Assembly (NCBI RefSeq): GCF_023055435.1
Contig: NW_025964235.1
Location: 868,001-932,000 of the forward strand
Source of the DNA: Haliotis rufescens
Taxonomy: Eukaryota
Direction of reading: 5' to 3'
DNA: 64,000 nucleotides
Below, in pieces: positions 41,697 to 54,629 of the stretch. A model generated the notes under the pieces. That model was not told the DNA's origin and made no database searches. It saw only the letters and a program-made list of their open reading frames with translations. How positions within the stretch are numbered: the first letter of the stretch is position 1; each line of letters begins with the position of its first letter. The translations under genes were made by a program, and so were the position numbers.

Positions 41697-44600
41697 GAGG
41701 CCATCAGATCGTGGGTGTCTGCAGCGAGTGTGTGTGGTATAAGGTAGTGTGGCTGCTCATTGTACGAGTGAGGGAAGCAAGATTCGCAACATGCAGTAGT
41801 GTCTGTTTTATGAATGATGGATGCATGTTTTCTTGTGTCATGTAATAATTCAAATTCAAAGGGACATAACTCTGTACCCATAATTTCTTTATCTGAAAGT
41901 TTGATCACTGCTTTCACTTGGAATGGTATCTAGGCAAACAGGGTTTAGTGTAGAGGTTAGAATGATATATGAATTTTAGACATTATATTTAAATAAGGAA
42001 ATGGGAAATTTATTTCAAATAGCTAGTATGTTTGACATTCACTGATCAATGTCGGTGAAACTTCACAATCAAAAGTTGTCATAAAACATGTGAACCATGG
42101 CTGGAGGGCTGTCACCCCAAGTAGTCCACCAACAATGTAGATTGTTGTCTGAAAAAATGGGCTTTGATTAGTTCATCTTCCTTGACCAAAGCCGTGGACT
42201 TCAGTAACTTGTTGGTGATTGTTGAGTAACTGATCGTTTGACAGTATCCAGCGCATGGGGAGACTGATGGTTGTTATAGTTGTCGATCAAAGACGTTGTC
42301 ATGATCTCAGTGCCAACAATGTCAGGGGCTGACCATACCTATATTATATTATCAAAACTACAAATTATACTTTTATTAAAAGTGTGATTGGGAAGAGCTT
42401 TATTCAGTTAGAAGGAGTTGTTTGGTGAGTAGTTTTTGAACGATTATAGATTTGCCTGTCTTTTTTCAGGCTAAGTTATTGTTTTATCAATAATTTAGAT
42501 TTTAATGTGTTGCAAATATTCTGCCCACGTCAGAGGTACAATTTGATCAGTGTTCAGTATTAGCAATGAATAGTTTATTTAAATTTGCATCATAATTAAA
42601 ACTGTTTTAGTTGCTAGAGAGCAGTGAATATTGATTACAGTACGAAACGGTTCAGTGGATTTAAATACTAGTATGGTATGTGAAAAACAGTGCAAGTAGT
42701 TCCAAGGAGATTGACGTAAGTAGTTGCCATGGTTACAGGATTCCTGTCGTCCAACACAACCCTTGTATTGAATTATTTATGTAGATCAACAATGGTCTTT
42801 TACATTCAGCATCATGACCTCGCTGTTACACAGTTTATAGCCAACACACGCAGGGATGACTGGGACACCGTACTATTGCAGAGTTGTGTCCCTTAGTTGT
42901 GCCAGAATCTGATGATCTGGGACTAGAATTCCAGATTTGTTTTGATTGTGATTCTTGGTTTGTCAGCACCATCCCTGGGCTTGTGGGTGTCACCAATGTG
43001 GTAAAAGTGTTGGGCCTGCATCACCTTGAGCCCCCCCCGCCCCCCCCCCCCCCTCCGACATGGACGTTCCGTGATGTGACTGAAAAGCAGTTCAAAGCTC
43101 AAAGCAATGGTGAACTGATCTGGTTTCCCGTTAATTACCTTTTTAACAGTATAGCCACATGTGTATGTTATGCCACACCCTCTTTACATATCATTTCATT
43201 CCTGATAGTAGAATCGGTTAAGATTGTTGCTCAAGGCTGCAAGTGATCCGTTATCTGGGTGTGCAAGTCTTTGTCAGTTATTTCGATTTTTTTCTTCTTC
43301 CTGGCTGTGTGTGTGTTGATCATTTCATAAGTTTGGGATGAATAGGTTAAAAAAAGCATGAATCATAGTTCAGTGAACCCTGAAAGGTTTGTTTTAATAT
43401 ATGTCTCCTGCCTATCGAATTTAGATGAAAATGTGATAATTAATGTAGAGAGGCCTAAGTGACTCCCTCCTCACATGTTGGCTAATAAGTTGGGTGCGTG
43501 TGTCTTGTGTGAGTGTGAAGTCTGTGAGTGAGTGAGTGAGTGAGTTGGGCGTCCGCTGCTTTGGGTTGATGTGCAGCTTGTACACAGCATTCCTCTGTAG
43601 TATGTATATAGATGAATTGTGTGTATTCCTAATGTAGCAGACCAGGGGATGACATGTCCCCTATGTGCCTGTGTGTACTTTTATTAATAACACTGGTGGG
43701 GTTTTAAAGTTGCCTTTTTCGTGTGGAATATTATGTGCACAGTCAAAGATCGTTGTGTCAAACTCTGATGTGTCGAACTTATGATTGTCTCAAGGTAAAA
43801 GCTTGGTCCCTACGTATTCCTTCTTTATTCATCATTTTCGATTGTGTCAAACCTCGGATAACTTGAAATAACAGTGTTTGACTGTATTTGGGGTTGAGAT
43901 ACAGCAATGATGCAAGAATTAACTTAATCTTTTGAATAGTAGATTGCTTATATAGTGCTAAAATCATCACAAAATCAGTGATTTCCCAATGACAAACCTG
44001 ACATCATTTTTATCATTTTAAAAAAACTTTTCAAAGAATGTTTGTGTAATTAATACTTGGTATGTGGATGGGCAATGCAATCCAAGGTTATTTGAAGATA
44101 TTGGTTAAAGCAGCGCAAAACCATACTCACTCACTCACTCACAGTAATTGATCGTCTTTGACAGGTGTATTAATGATGCCAACACGAGAATGTGGTGCTT
44201 ATGTGTTGTCTTTCTAGTAGAAACATCAGTCCATGGTAGAAGACACTAAAATTTGCTGTGCAGAGTTACATCCCTTAGCTTTACCAGGATGTACTGATCT
44301 TTGGTAAGAATCTCAAATTCACACCGAATTTTGATCGTTGGTCTCAGCACCATATTTGTGCTGATTATTTCAACCAAGTGGTGAACATCTCTGCTTCGAG
44401 TTGGACTTCCCTCCATCATCAACATGACACCATCCCATGACTGAAGTACGACTCACTGTGACACAGAACGGCAGCATATTGCCAGCTGTAGTTAATGTGA
44501 AGGAAATGAGATTGTTTTGGTTAGAATTGATGACGATGCTGGTTTTGAAAAATAACCAACCTTTCGCTGTTCCTTTGATTTTATGATTGCCTGTTCAAGT

Positions 44601-45329
44601 TGTGAGTTAAGTCTGACGCACTGAAATATTGTTTATTAATCTATATTGTGTTAATTGCGCACCATGATATTGTCATACTGGAATTACCATATGCCATCGA
44701 TTGTGTATGAATGATATACAAAGTTCTGTTTAATTTATGATTTACCATGTAATTGTATAACTTCCACATGGAGATAAAGCGTGCAACTTTTACATGTACC
44801 CCACTTGTCCTATGATTCTGCTTTTACAAGACATGATTCACGATGCATGTTTTTAATGTCCTTGACACTTACAATAACTTTAGTTCAATTAATTAGTGTT
44901 CCTATGTGTCTGTTGACCAAACACTGCCCAGATAGAGTTGGAGGGAAATGGGTATACCGATACTGGTTGATGAACTCGTTACGAAAGGAGTTCACAGAAA
45001 TGGTTTGCACAGCAGCGAAATCTATGCATTAATTAATGTTCAGTTACATGTTTTTTTATAAGAAAAGCGCAACTAGTTTTAGATTGAAAGCTTCAACCAT
45101 TCCTGCTACATGTTTGCCATTTTGACATACTTCCTCTGTTGATGAAGCCTAACAGCTGAGATGATGTTCTCATTAATAAGCAATAGCTCTGAAAGTCATC
45201 ACAGAAAAGTTTAATTCAGCAGCTATGTTGTGCCAACTGCCTCAAGTGGCATGGTCATCAGTGCTTTTAATGCTATTTTTGTAAATAAAAATATTTTCTA
45301 TTTTCGATCTGTTGCTCCTTTCCACCCAT

Positions 45330-47645
45330 TGTGGTGAAGCAGGTGCAGAGGGAGTCCTGAGAGTGGAGATTGGAAGGGTACAATGGCCGCTTTGTGTGGT
45401 GAAGCAGGTGCAGAGGGAGTCCTGAGAGTGGGGATTGGAAGGGTACAATGGCTGCTGTTTGGTGAAGCAGGTGCAGAAGGAGTCCTGAGAGAGGGGATTG
45501 GAAGGGTACAATGGCTGCTGTGTGGTGAAGTGTGAGTACAATGGCCGCTGTGTGGTGAAGCAGGTGCAGAGGGAGTCCTGAGAGTGGGGATTGGAAGGGT
45601 ACAATGGCCATTGTGTGGTGAAGCAGGTGCAGAGAGAGTCCTGAGAGTGGGGATTGGAAGGGTACAATGGCTGCTGTGTGGTGAAGCAGGTGCAGAAGGA
45701 GTCCTGAGAGAGGGGATTGGAAGGGTACAATGGCTGCTGTGTGGTGAAGCAGGTGCAAAAGGAGTCCTGAGAGTGGGGATTGGAAGGGTACAATGGCTGC
45801 TGTGTGGTGAAGCAGGTGCAGAGAGAGTCCTGAGAGAGGGGATTGGAAGGGTACAATGGCTGCTGTGTGGTGAAGCAGGTGCAAAAGGAGTCCTGAGAGT
45901 GGGGATTGGAAGGGTACAATGGCTGCTGTGTGGTGAAGCAGGTGCAGAAGGAGTCCTGAGAGTGGGGATTGGAAGGGTACAATGGCTGCTGTGTGGTGAA
46001 GTGTGAGTACAATGGCCGCTGTGTGGTGAAGCAGGTGCAGAGGGAGTCCTGAGAGTGGGGATTGGAAGGGTACAATGGCCATTGTGTGGTGAAGCAGGTG
46101 CAGAGAGAGTCCTGAGAGTGGGGATTGGAAGGGTACAATGGCTGCTGTGTGGTGAAGCAGGTGCAGAAGGAGTCCTGAGAGAGGGGATTGGAAGGGTACA
46201 ATGGCTGCTGTGTGGTGAAGCAGGTGCAGAAGGAGTCCTGAGAGTGGGGATTGGAAGGGTACAATGGCTGCTGTGTGGTGAAGCAGGTGCAAAAGGAGTC
46301 CTGAGAGTGGGGATTGGAAGGGTACAATGGCTGCTGTGTGGTGAAGCAGGTGCAGAGAGAGTCCTGAGAGAGGGGATTGGAAGGGTACAATGGCTGCTGT
46401 GTGGTGAAGCAGGTGCAAAAGGAGTCCTGAGAGTGGGGATTGGAAGGGTACAATGGCTGCTGTGTGGTGAAGCAGGTGCAGAAGGAGTCCTGAGAGTGGG
46501 GATTGGAAGGGTACAATGGCTGCTGTGTGGTGAAGTGTGAGTACAATGGCCGCTGTGTGGTGAAGCAGGTGCAGAGAGAGTCCTGAGAGTGGGGATTGGA
46601 AGGGTACAATGGCTGCTGTGTGGTGAAGCAGGTGCAGAAGGAGCCCTGAGAGAGGGGATTGGAAGGGTACAATGGCTGCTGTGTGGTGAAGCAGGTGCAA
46701 AAGGAGTCCTGAGAGTAGGGATTGGAAGGGTCCAATGGCTGCTGTGTGGTGAAGCAGGTGCAGAAGGAGTCCTGAGAGTGGGGATTGGAAGGGTACAATG
46801 GCTGCTGTGTGGTGAAGCAGGTGCAAAAGGAGTCCTGAGAGTGGGGATTGGAAGGGTACAATGGTTGCTTTGTGGTGAAGCTGGTGGAGAGGGAGTCCTG
46901 AGAGTGGGGATTGGAAGGGTACAATGGCCGTTGTGTGGTGAAGCTGGTGGAGAGGGAGTCCTGAGAGTGGGGATTGGAAGGGTACAATGGCTGCTGTGTG
47001 GTGAAGCAGGTGCAGAGGGAGTCCTGCGAGTGGGGATTGGAAGGGTACAATGGCTGCTGTGTGATGAAGCAGGTGCAAAAGGAGTCCTGAGAGTGGGGAT
47101 TGGAAGGGTACAATGGTTGCTGTGTATGGTGAAGCAGGTGCAGAGGGGGTCCTGAGAGTGGGGATTTGAAGGGTTCAATGGCCGCTTTGTGTGGTGAAGC
47201 AGGCGTAGAGGGAGTCATGAGAGTGGTGATTGGATGGGTTACGACGGCTGTTGTGTGGTGAAGAGGCGCAGAGGGAGTCATGAGAGTGGAGATTGAATGG
47301 GTACAATGGCCGTTTTGTTGAAGTGTGAGTACAATGGCTGCTGTGTGGTGAAGCAGGTGCAGAGGGAGTCATGAGAGTGGAGATTGGATGGGTACAATAG
47401 CCGTTGTGTGGTGAAGTGTGAGTACAATGGCTGCTGTGTATTGTGAAGCAGGGATTGGGTGGGTACAATGGCCGCTGTGTGTTGTGAAGCAGGGATAGGG
47501 TGGGGATTGCGTGGGTACAATAGCCGCTGTGTATTGTGAAGCAGTGATATGGTGGGGATTGGCTGGGTACAATGGCCTGTGTGTATTGTGAAGCAGGGAA
47601 AAGGATGGGGATTGGCTGGGTACAATGGCCGCTGTGTATTGTGAA
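45330..47645. repeat. 63-bp minisatellite with higher-order structure
   Basis: TGTGGTGAAGCAGGTGCAGAGGGAGTCCTGAGAGTGGGGATTGGAAGGGTACAATGGCTGCTG x about 30, punctuated by 30-bp short units and decaying at the right end. Confidence 0.95.
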
Positions 47646-48831
47646 GGAAAGGGGTAGAGTGGAGATTGAGAGAGGTGATTCTGTATCTATGTCCATGTGC
47701 GAAATCGGCACCCCCGGAAGCACTCGTTAAGTCTCCAAGATCGTCATCACCATGTTAATGTATGAGAATTGTGATCCCTTCGCGCTAAGATCGCTTTGTA
47801 GCACAGGATCCAGGTCCAGGACATGACGGATGCCATTCATGTAGTTCCATAGGGCCGTAAAAGGGTTGGCAGTCCTTGCTTCAGGTTCACAATTCCTTTA
47901 ACTGAAACGAAGAGAAACCTGTAAGTGGTGGATTATAACCTTTCGTCACACGACCTGTAAAGATAGAATAGGTCATCAGCAAAAGGCGACTAACAATTGT
48001 GTGGATTGATGCTCATGATGTCAATCACTGGATCCAGACTCGATGATTTACAGACCGCCGTCATATAGCTGGAATATTGCTGAGTACGGCGTTAAACAAC
48101 AAACAAACAAACGAATAAACACAAAGGACACAAATTGTCATCAGCAGCTGGCATATGCCGGTACAATATGTAGAAAGTTGTTTGACAGCCCTTCACTTGT
48201 TGTGGGGTTGGGACTCACGACACACTGACCAATTACGTTTTACAAAAATACATTGTTTCAAATCCTCGGCCCCACAGCAAGTCAAGTCCCTGGGCAAACG
48301 TTGCTGGCAAACGTTGCTGCCCAGCCGCGGTAGGATGTGTGTTTGTTTGTTCGTTGTTTGAGCATCAATTCACTCAATTTGGATACGATGACATGTACAA
48401 CCAAATCAGCGAGCCTTATCCCGTTATTCGCATAGTTGCCTTTTAGGACAAGCATGGACTAGGAGAAACAATTATATTCTTTATGATGTTTCAGAAGGAG
48501 ATTGTGAATCCCATGAAGCATGCAGAGATAAGCATGTTTTAGATACTATTAACAGAGCTAGAAATATTCCAGCTATATGACGGCTGTCTGTAAAAAATCG
48601 AGACTGGACCAGACAATCCAGCGATTGATATCGTGAGAATAGATCCACGCAACTGGGATACGATGACATGCATCAAACCGAGCTGCCCACCCGATCCCGT
48701 TAGTCGCCTTTAAAGCAAGTTAGGTTGCTGAAGAGATATTCTAACCCGGATCTTCACGAGTCGACCTAACATATAAACAACGGCGTGTACTTAAATCCTA
48801 TATTTTTATTCGGTGATTTTACCATATACAC

Positions 48832-49341
48832 CTATCTCATTAAAATCAGATCTTAGTTTTCGCTACCGCTAAACAAAGATCTGAGGACACCCCATTACGG
48901 GTCACGTCAGAACGACCTTTCGCGAATTTTGACCGATCAATGAAATGACTGACAAGAAATCGACATTAGCCAATCAGAGGGCAGCTTTCTCGAGCTTTAC
49001 GACACCAGTTTCAAACTGGCGACTACGCTTCGAAACATATTTTGACGTTTTCTCAATTAAATCTTTTTAAACTGATAAGATGAACATTCGGGAATGGCTT
49101 ATAGATGGCCTAGATTGTATGGATATAATCATAAAACCCGTAACTTTCGTTCGGAATACCCCGTGTTAAATATTTTGTGGTTGCATGATTAGAAAACACA
49201 TTCCGACTGTCACTTTCATGATCTGGTAAGCGACGCTTTGATTGGTTGGATGAAAGGTCGTTCTGACGTGACCCTTAATCGGATGTCCTCAGATCTTTGT
49301 TCGGCGATAGCGAGAACTAAGATCAGATTTTAATGAGATTG
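48832..49341. mobile_element. MITE with about 90-bp TIRs, Mutator-like TSD length
   Basis: ATCTCATTAAAATCAGATCTTAG...CTAAGATCAGATTTTAATGAGAT; 10-bp TSD CCATATACAC. Confidence 0.78.
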
Positions 49342-49354
49342 CCATATACACCAG

Positions 49355-50645
49355 ATCACGTGAGATTGCGAGTGAGGAATTGGCTTCAGTCTTTAGCGGG
49401 TAGTGTGGACTAGAGTGAGTGAGTGAGTATGGTTTAACGCCGCTTTTAACAGTATTCCAGTTATATCACGGCGTGTCAGCTTGTTGTGGGAGGAAAGCCC
49501 GAAGTGATGCAGGTCTCAGACGTTTACCACTTCGGTGAAACCCACGAGCACGGGTATGGAGCTGACAAACCTAGAAACAATTGGGGCGAAGCGGGATTCG
49601 AACCCACAATCATAGGGTTCTGGCGTACCCAAGGGACGCAACTCTGCACAGCGAATCGCGGCGCCTTAGACGACTGGGCCACCCGTGCCCCCAGTGTGGA
49701 CTAGAACTAGACTTGATAACAAGCCAGGGAGGGATATGGCACGTGGTCCTACTTGTTCCCTGGTGCCTAGGGGAATCCCAATCAAACTTCAACTTCCCGG
49801 TAAGTTTAATCTATCCATTCTCCTTCAGCACCAGGTCACGTGAGACCCCGCGAGATTTAAAAGCAGGTCCACAGTACACACCTGATAAAACAGAACAGTT
49901 CTTTATAAAACATCATGTTTAATACTAAATACTAAAAACAATACAAAATGCTAAATACACACATGAAGAAAAAACTTGTTATAATCATTCTGAAATTTCA
50001 AATGTTGAGCTCATTGAGCTCAATACCCAGAGGAAACATGTTTCACGGGCTTACAATAAAACTTTGTAAACACATTCACAGAAAACCACCCAGCAGCTGC
50101 CATGACTGTTTGAATGGGTGCACCTATACAACTGGCTGCGCTGGTAGCAGCTGCCATGACTGTTTGAATGGGTGCACCTAGACTACTGGCTGTGCTGGCC
50201 TACTGCTATGTCCTAAAAACACAGTAATGTCAATATCAGCCTTTTGGGGTGGGTGGGTGGGTGGGGTGGGGGGTGGGGGTGTATTCTTTTACGACCCTGA
50301 CACAGTCTCTCTGCTTACGGTCCTTAAGTGACTCAACAGCAGTTGGTCATGGACACACATGGATCTGCCCGGTATACACTAGTCCTCTCACTCACCACAC
50401 ACAGTCTCTCATTCTCAAATCTCTCTAATTCTATAGGTTTTAAATGACTACCTGGTCCAGACTGCTTAACTAAATCAGTGAGAATAACAACTACTTTGTT
50501 GTTTGATTCTGACATATATTTCAATTTCAGCAAATGTAATGACTGAGCTCTTTGGCCAGAAACCAATGCTAATAACACATTAAATTTAAACGTCAAATCT
50601 TTGCGTGAGAGCTCAAAATTTTCTCCCAGTCTTTCCAAGTAAACT
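49355..50645 (-). mobile_element. DIRS-type retroelement relic (tyrosine recombinase fragment plus terminal region)
   Basis: LSRKDLTFK..LLALVSGQRAQSLHLL...DLVKQSGPGSHLKPIEL..F.NERLCVV, followed by a frameshifted IDITVF.GHS segment, which is typical of DIRS tyrosine recombinases. The terminal boundary is approximate. Confidence 0.72.
49413..49692 (-). mobile_element. tRNA-derived SINE family B
   Basis: Reverse-complement head GGGGCACGGGTGGCCCAGTCGTCTAAGGCGC...GGTTCGAATCCC; (ACTC)n tail; TSD AGTGTGGACTAGA. Confidence 0.85.
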
Positions 50646-51529
50646 TCGTTTTGGTGGACGATTTCGCCTGACGTTTTTATCGTCTGTTTTAGGCTATTTC
50701 CGTTTTTAAATTTGATTTTGGTCAAACATTTGTGATTAAGTATGCTCTATATTATTATAATCTGCAAAGTTGCTCTGTTGACTTTACTTGCCCTTTAATG
50801 TCCAATTACAATATAGCAACGAAACAACTGCCAACGTACACATTGAATTCAATGAACCTAAGGAGTTCCAAATATGCTACCTTATAATTGTATATACACC
50901 CATTACTATATGACATGAACTAGTAGGCCTATGGCGGGTTTTTTAGCTTTATGTGTCCTATTAACACTCTTGTATCATTTTACTCTTGACACAAACGTTT
51001 ACTTTTTTGTATTGTATTCAAATCATTCTCAAATGAAAATCCTATTTCTATATTGACTTCACTAATGATTTGCAAAAGGAAAACACTTAGTTTATCTGTA
51101 AGTCTTAAGTAGTTAATTTCAGATTGGTTATTACTTATAGTTTCATTTAAACAACAAAGTACCAAGGGATAAATCTGTTTAACTCTTTTAACCTTAGCAA
51201 AACTAGTGTGTACTAGAAAACATATATAAAAATACTTAGATCTTTAAAATAGGATACTATGGCTGTTTCTTAGAGGTAAACATTAATTTATTCAGTGCGG
51301 CCATTTCCGATTTTCAAGTGGTCAACCTGTTTTTTTAACAAGCATTCCAAGGCGATAAGTCATACTAATGTTGCTGCTTGTTTCTTTATTTGAACGATTC
51401 TTAGCTAAAAAGGCTCCAATATGCACGGCTATGATGGCTTCATTTGCTTCACTGCCTTAAGTATCATCCTCTGTTCATCCTTTGTTTATGTTCATGCTAC
51501 GTATTTGCACATCTAAGAGTAAATTTATG

Positions 51530-53646
51530 TGTTGCATTGAACCTCATACACACCGCAGTGGCCATACGCCTCAGTGGCGTACAGAAGTCACGACTCATCC
51601 AGCAGGACACAGATGGGTTTACCAACGCCATCAGGAGCAGTCCGATATTCTAAGAGAAATGTTCCTTTCTTATCAAACACACAGGCTCCTGCAAAGTCAT
51701 AGTCTGCAACAAACACGGTGCCATCCTCCGAGACACAAACATCATTGGGTTTCCAGGTTGCTGTGCTAAAACATTTTGTTTGAACTTTGTTCTTGCTGGC
51801 CGTGACCCGGACACATGATCCACCCCATTCACACAAGGCAATATGGCCGCTGGGGGTGAAACTAGAGCTGATACTGGAGAGACAGCATAATATCGTTCAG
51901 TCCCATCTGTAAAGTAATATTGGAGATTCTTTTTATTGGGAATGTTTCCAACTACGAACCCCTGTTCTTTGGAACCAGTCAGACAATAAGTGAAGATAAG
52001 ACTTTCACTTGGGACCTTGTGGTGCAAAAGGATCTTCTTCATGATCTGCAATGAATTGTCAAATATAAAGAGGTAGTTCTCATGGATAACACCAATACTT
52101 TCATTTGCGATTGCAACAGCAATCGGTTTAAATGCATCCATTTTAATCTTCCTTTAAAAATCCCCATCAGTGGTAGAGAATTTGACTTTTTCATTAGCCA
52201 TGTCGGCAAATACCCGCCCTACCTATGGACTGTAGGCTCCACCCCTGATGTCTGGTCTCTCTTTGTCAGATTAGCACCGGGCAATGAATAGTCTTGTCAG
52301 GTTTAATCTAACTGTGGGACGAACTTCAACGTTTTCACACTGGTCCCGTTGGTATGAAACCTTGAAATTTCAAGAAGTTCTGTCATAGTCTCAGGTTTTT
52401 CTGTGCTGACATCTTTATCTGACTGTAAAGCAGATTGTGTAATTTCAGCTGAGATACTGAGTTCTTTCCCATCATCATTCAGACCTGGCTCGCTTTTTTC
52501 CCAAGGACTCCAGTTCACATTCATCTCCAAGAGGATGCCCCTGGAGTTGCCTGAGTCTCTCAGTCATCATTGTCTCCAGCATCAGAACCTCGACGTCCCT
52601 ACCCTCCGCTAGGATGTGGTCACAGAAGTCGACACAGCTGCTTATCACACCTTTCTGAAGGCGTACATCTCCAAGCTTGCTCTCTTGTTCCTTTGTGGCA
52701 GCTTTTGTTTGATAATGTTGTCAGTATATCCTCCTTCATTTTGAGTATCTTAGAAATGTTGAGTTTGGCATTTTGTTCGGTTTCAATCTTTTTATTCTTT
52801 TCTTTGTTTTTAATGGTTTGGATCACTGATACTATCTTTCCTTCAGCTTCTGATAATGTTGTCATATTTCACCTAATCTTTTCAGTTATTGCGATGATGA
52901 TTATCCGTTTTCTTGTTACAGCTTCCGATATTGTTTGACATCTGTGGTCCCTGCGTTCAATGAGGACACAAGTCAAACAGACGGGTTGCTTGCAAGACTC
53001 GCAATAAAACTCCACTTCTTTGTTCTCATGCTTCTGGCATGTTATTTTCTGTAGTTCTCTCAACTTCCTATCATACGTTCCTTCTTTCAGATCACCAAGG
53101 GCTATTCTTTCGTGCTTCCATGTAAGGAATGAAGAATTGTGACCATCAGAGCAGATGGTACAAAGAAGATCTGCACAATCAAGGCACTTCACTTCTGCAG
53201 TTGAATCTCTCCCTCTGAGGCCACAAGCTGTACATTTCAAAGTTTTGGTTGACATGAGTTTCACTATTTCAGTGAGTCCATTGATGAAGAAATTTGTCTT
53301 GATGGAGGTGACATCACCCAGTACAGATTCGTGACAATCAGGGCAGACGACAGGTCTTCCATCAGTTTTGGCAGTGTGCGCATAGGTACAGATTCCCGAC
53401 AAGCAGGGCAGACGACAGGTCTTCCATCAGTTATGGCAGTGTGCCCATAGGTACAGATTCCCGACAATCAGGGCAGACGACAGGTCTACCATCAGTTTTG
53501 GCAGTGTGCGCATAGGAAAACATGCACAGGAAGCAGTAGGTGTGGAGACAAGGCAGGGTCCGAGGATCTGTGAACACCTCAAAGCAGATGTGGCAGGTGA
53601 GGAACTCATCTCGGATTGACTCTGTCCCAGATGTCCCAGATGCCAT
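51530..53646 (-). pseudogene. Disrupted TRIM (RING-Bbox-Bbox-coiled-coil-NHL) E3 ligase paralogue
   Basis: RING (FLTCHICFEVFTDPRTLPCLHTYCFLC), two B-boxes, coiled coil and NHL-like segments (WKPNDVCVSEDGTVFVADY) are split over at least 5 ORFs by frameshifts and stops. It is collinear with the gene at 62457. Confidence 0.85.
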
Positions 53647-53710
53647 TCTCTCAGACTGGAAATTACAAAAACAATTAATGTCTATTGCCGATACCTAACG
53701 AACATGTCAA

Positions 53711-53900
53711 ACCCCCTAGTCAAACTAAAACAACTTGGCAAACACCTGTATCTATGTGACGTACGAAACATCCCCCCCCCCCCCCCCCCCCCCCCTCTCC
53801 CTAGTCAAACTAAAACAACTTGGCAAACACATGTATCTATGTGACGTACAAAACACCCCTACCCCCCTTGTCAAACTAAAACAACTTGGCAAACTGTATC
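53711..53900. repeat. About 65-85-bp repeat x3 with poly-C
   Basis: CCCCTAGTCAAACTAAAACAACTTGGCAAAC occurs three times. Confidence 0.8.
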
Positions 53901-54086
53901 TACTAAGTCATCCTTTATAATATTTCTCACCACAAAGTGAAATCGTTGTAATTATAACAAACTACAACTGCTTCAATATTGACACAATGATCACAGTGTT
54001 CCTGAGAGTCGGATTGTCACCTGCACTGCAACATTACAAGTTCATTTTGCTAGCGGCTTGGCTATACTCCCACTTCTGATGCTGCA

Positions 54087-54256
54087 GGGGCGGTCGGGTA
54101 GCCTAGTGGTTAAAGCGTTCGCTCGACACGCCGAAGACCCGGGTTCGATTCCCGACATGGGTACAATGTGTGAAGCCCATTTCTGGTGTCCCCCGCCGTG
54201 ATATTGCTGGAATATTGCTAAAAGGGGCGTAAAACCATATTCACTCACTCACTCAC
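54087..54256 (+). mobile_element. tRNA(Asp-like)-derived SINE family A, full length
   Basis: A box TAGCCTAGTGG, B box GGTTCGATTCC, 3' (ACTC)n tail, TSD TCTGATGCTGCA. Confidence 0.9.
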
Positions 54257-54629
54257 TCTGATGCTGCAAGGATCAACGCAGGCTGGTCTTCTTTGTACGG
54301 AATATTTTAGCTGTCATGGTATAGAAATAATATCGCCTTCTCTTGCAATACTATCCCGCTCCCTCGCAATGGTTTTCTCATTCCCTCGCTATACCATGGC
54401 GAACCCTCGACAGATGGCCTACTTCTAACTTCCGCGTTCCCTCGCTGTACAATAGCTCGTATAAACCCGTGCAAAACTTCCGCATCACCAATAAGTTTTA
54501 TAACTGTGTTATCTTAACATTGTAAATCTTAAACGTTGTATGAAGAGTGTGGTGTTTATTTGCACCACACCTCCATAAAAAGTTACCTGAACAGTATCCC
54601 ACACATTTACTGACTTTTTAGTCATTATC

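Noticed and set aside
42860-44470. Two similar segments suggesting duplicated exons
   Set aside because: The - strand frames checked contain stops, and both segments match the SINE B head (TGCAGAGTT..TCCCTT), so they are old SINE copies.
45242-47281. 600-680-aa ORFs in three frames
   Set aside because: Artefact of the 63-bp tandem repeat.
54087-54160. Functional tRNA gene
   Set aside because: The acceptor stem is incomplete and it continues into a SINE body and tail with a TSD; many dispersed copies exist.
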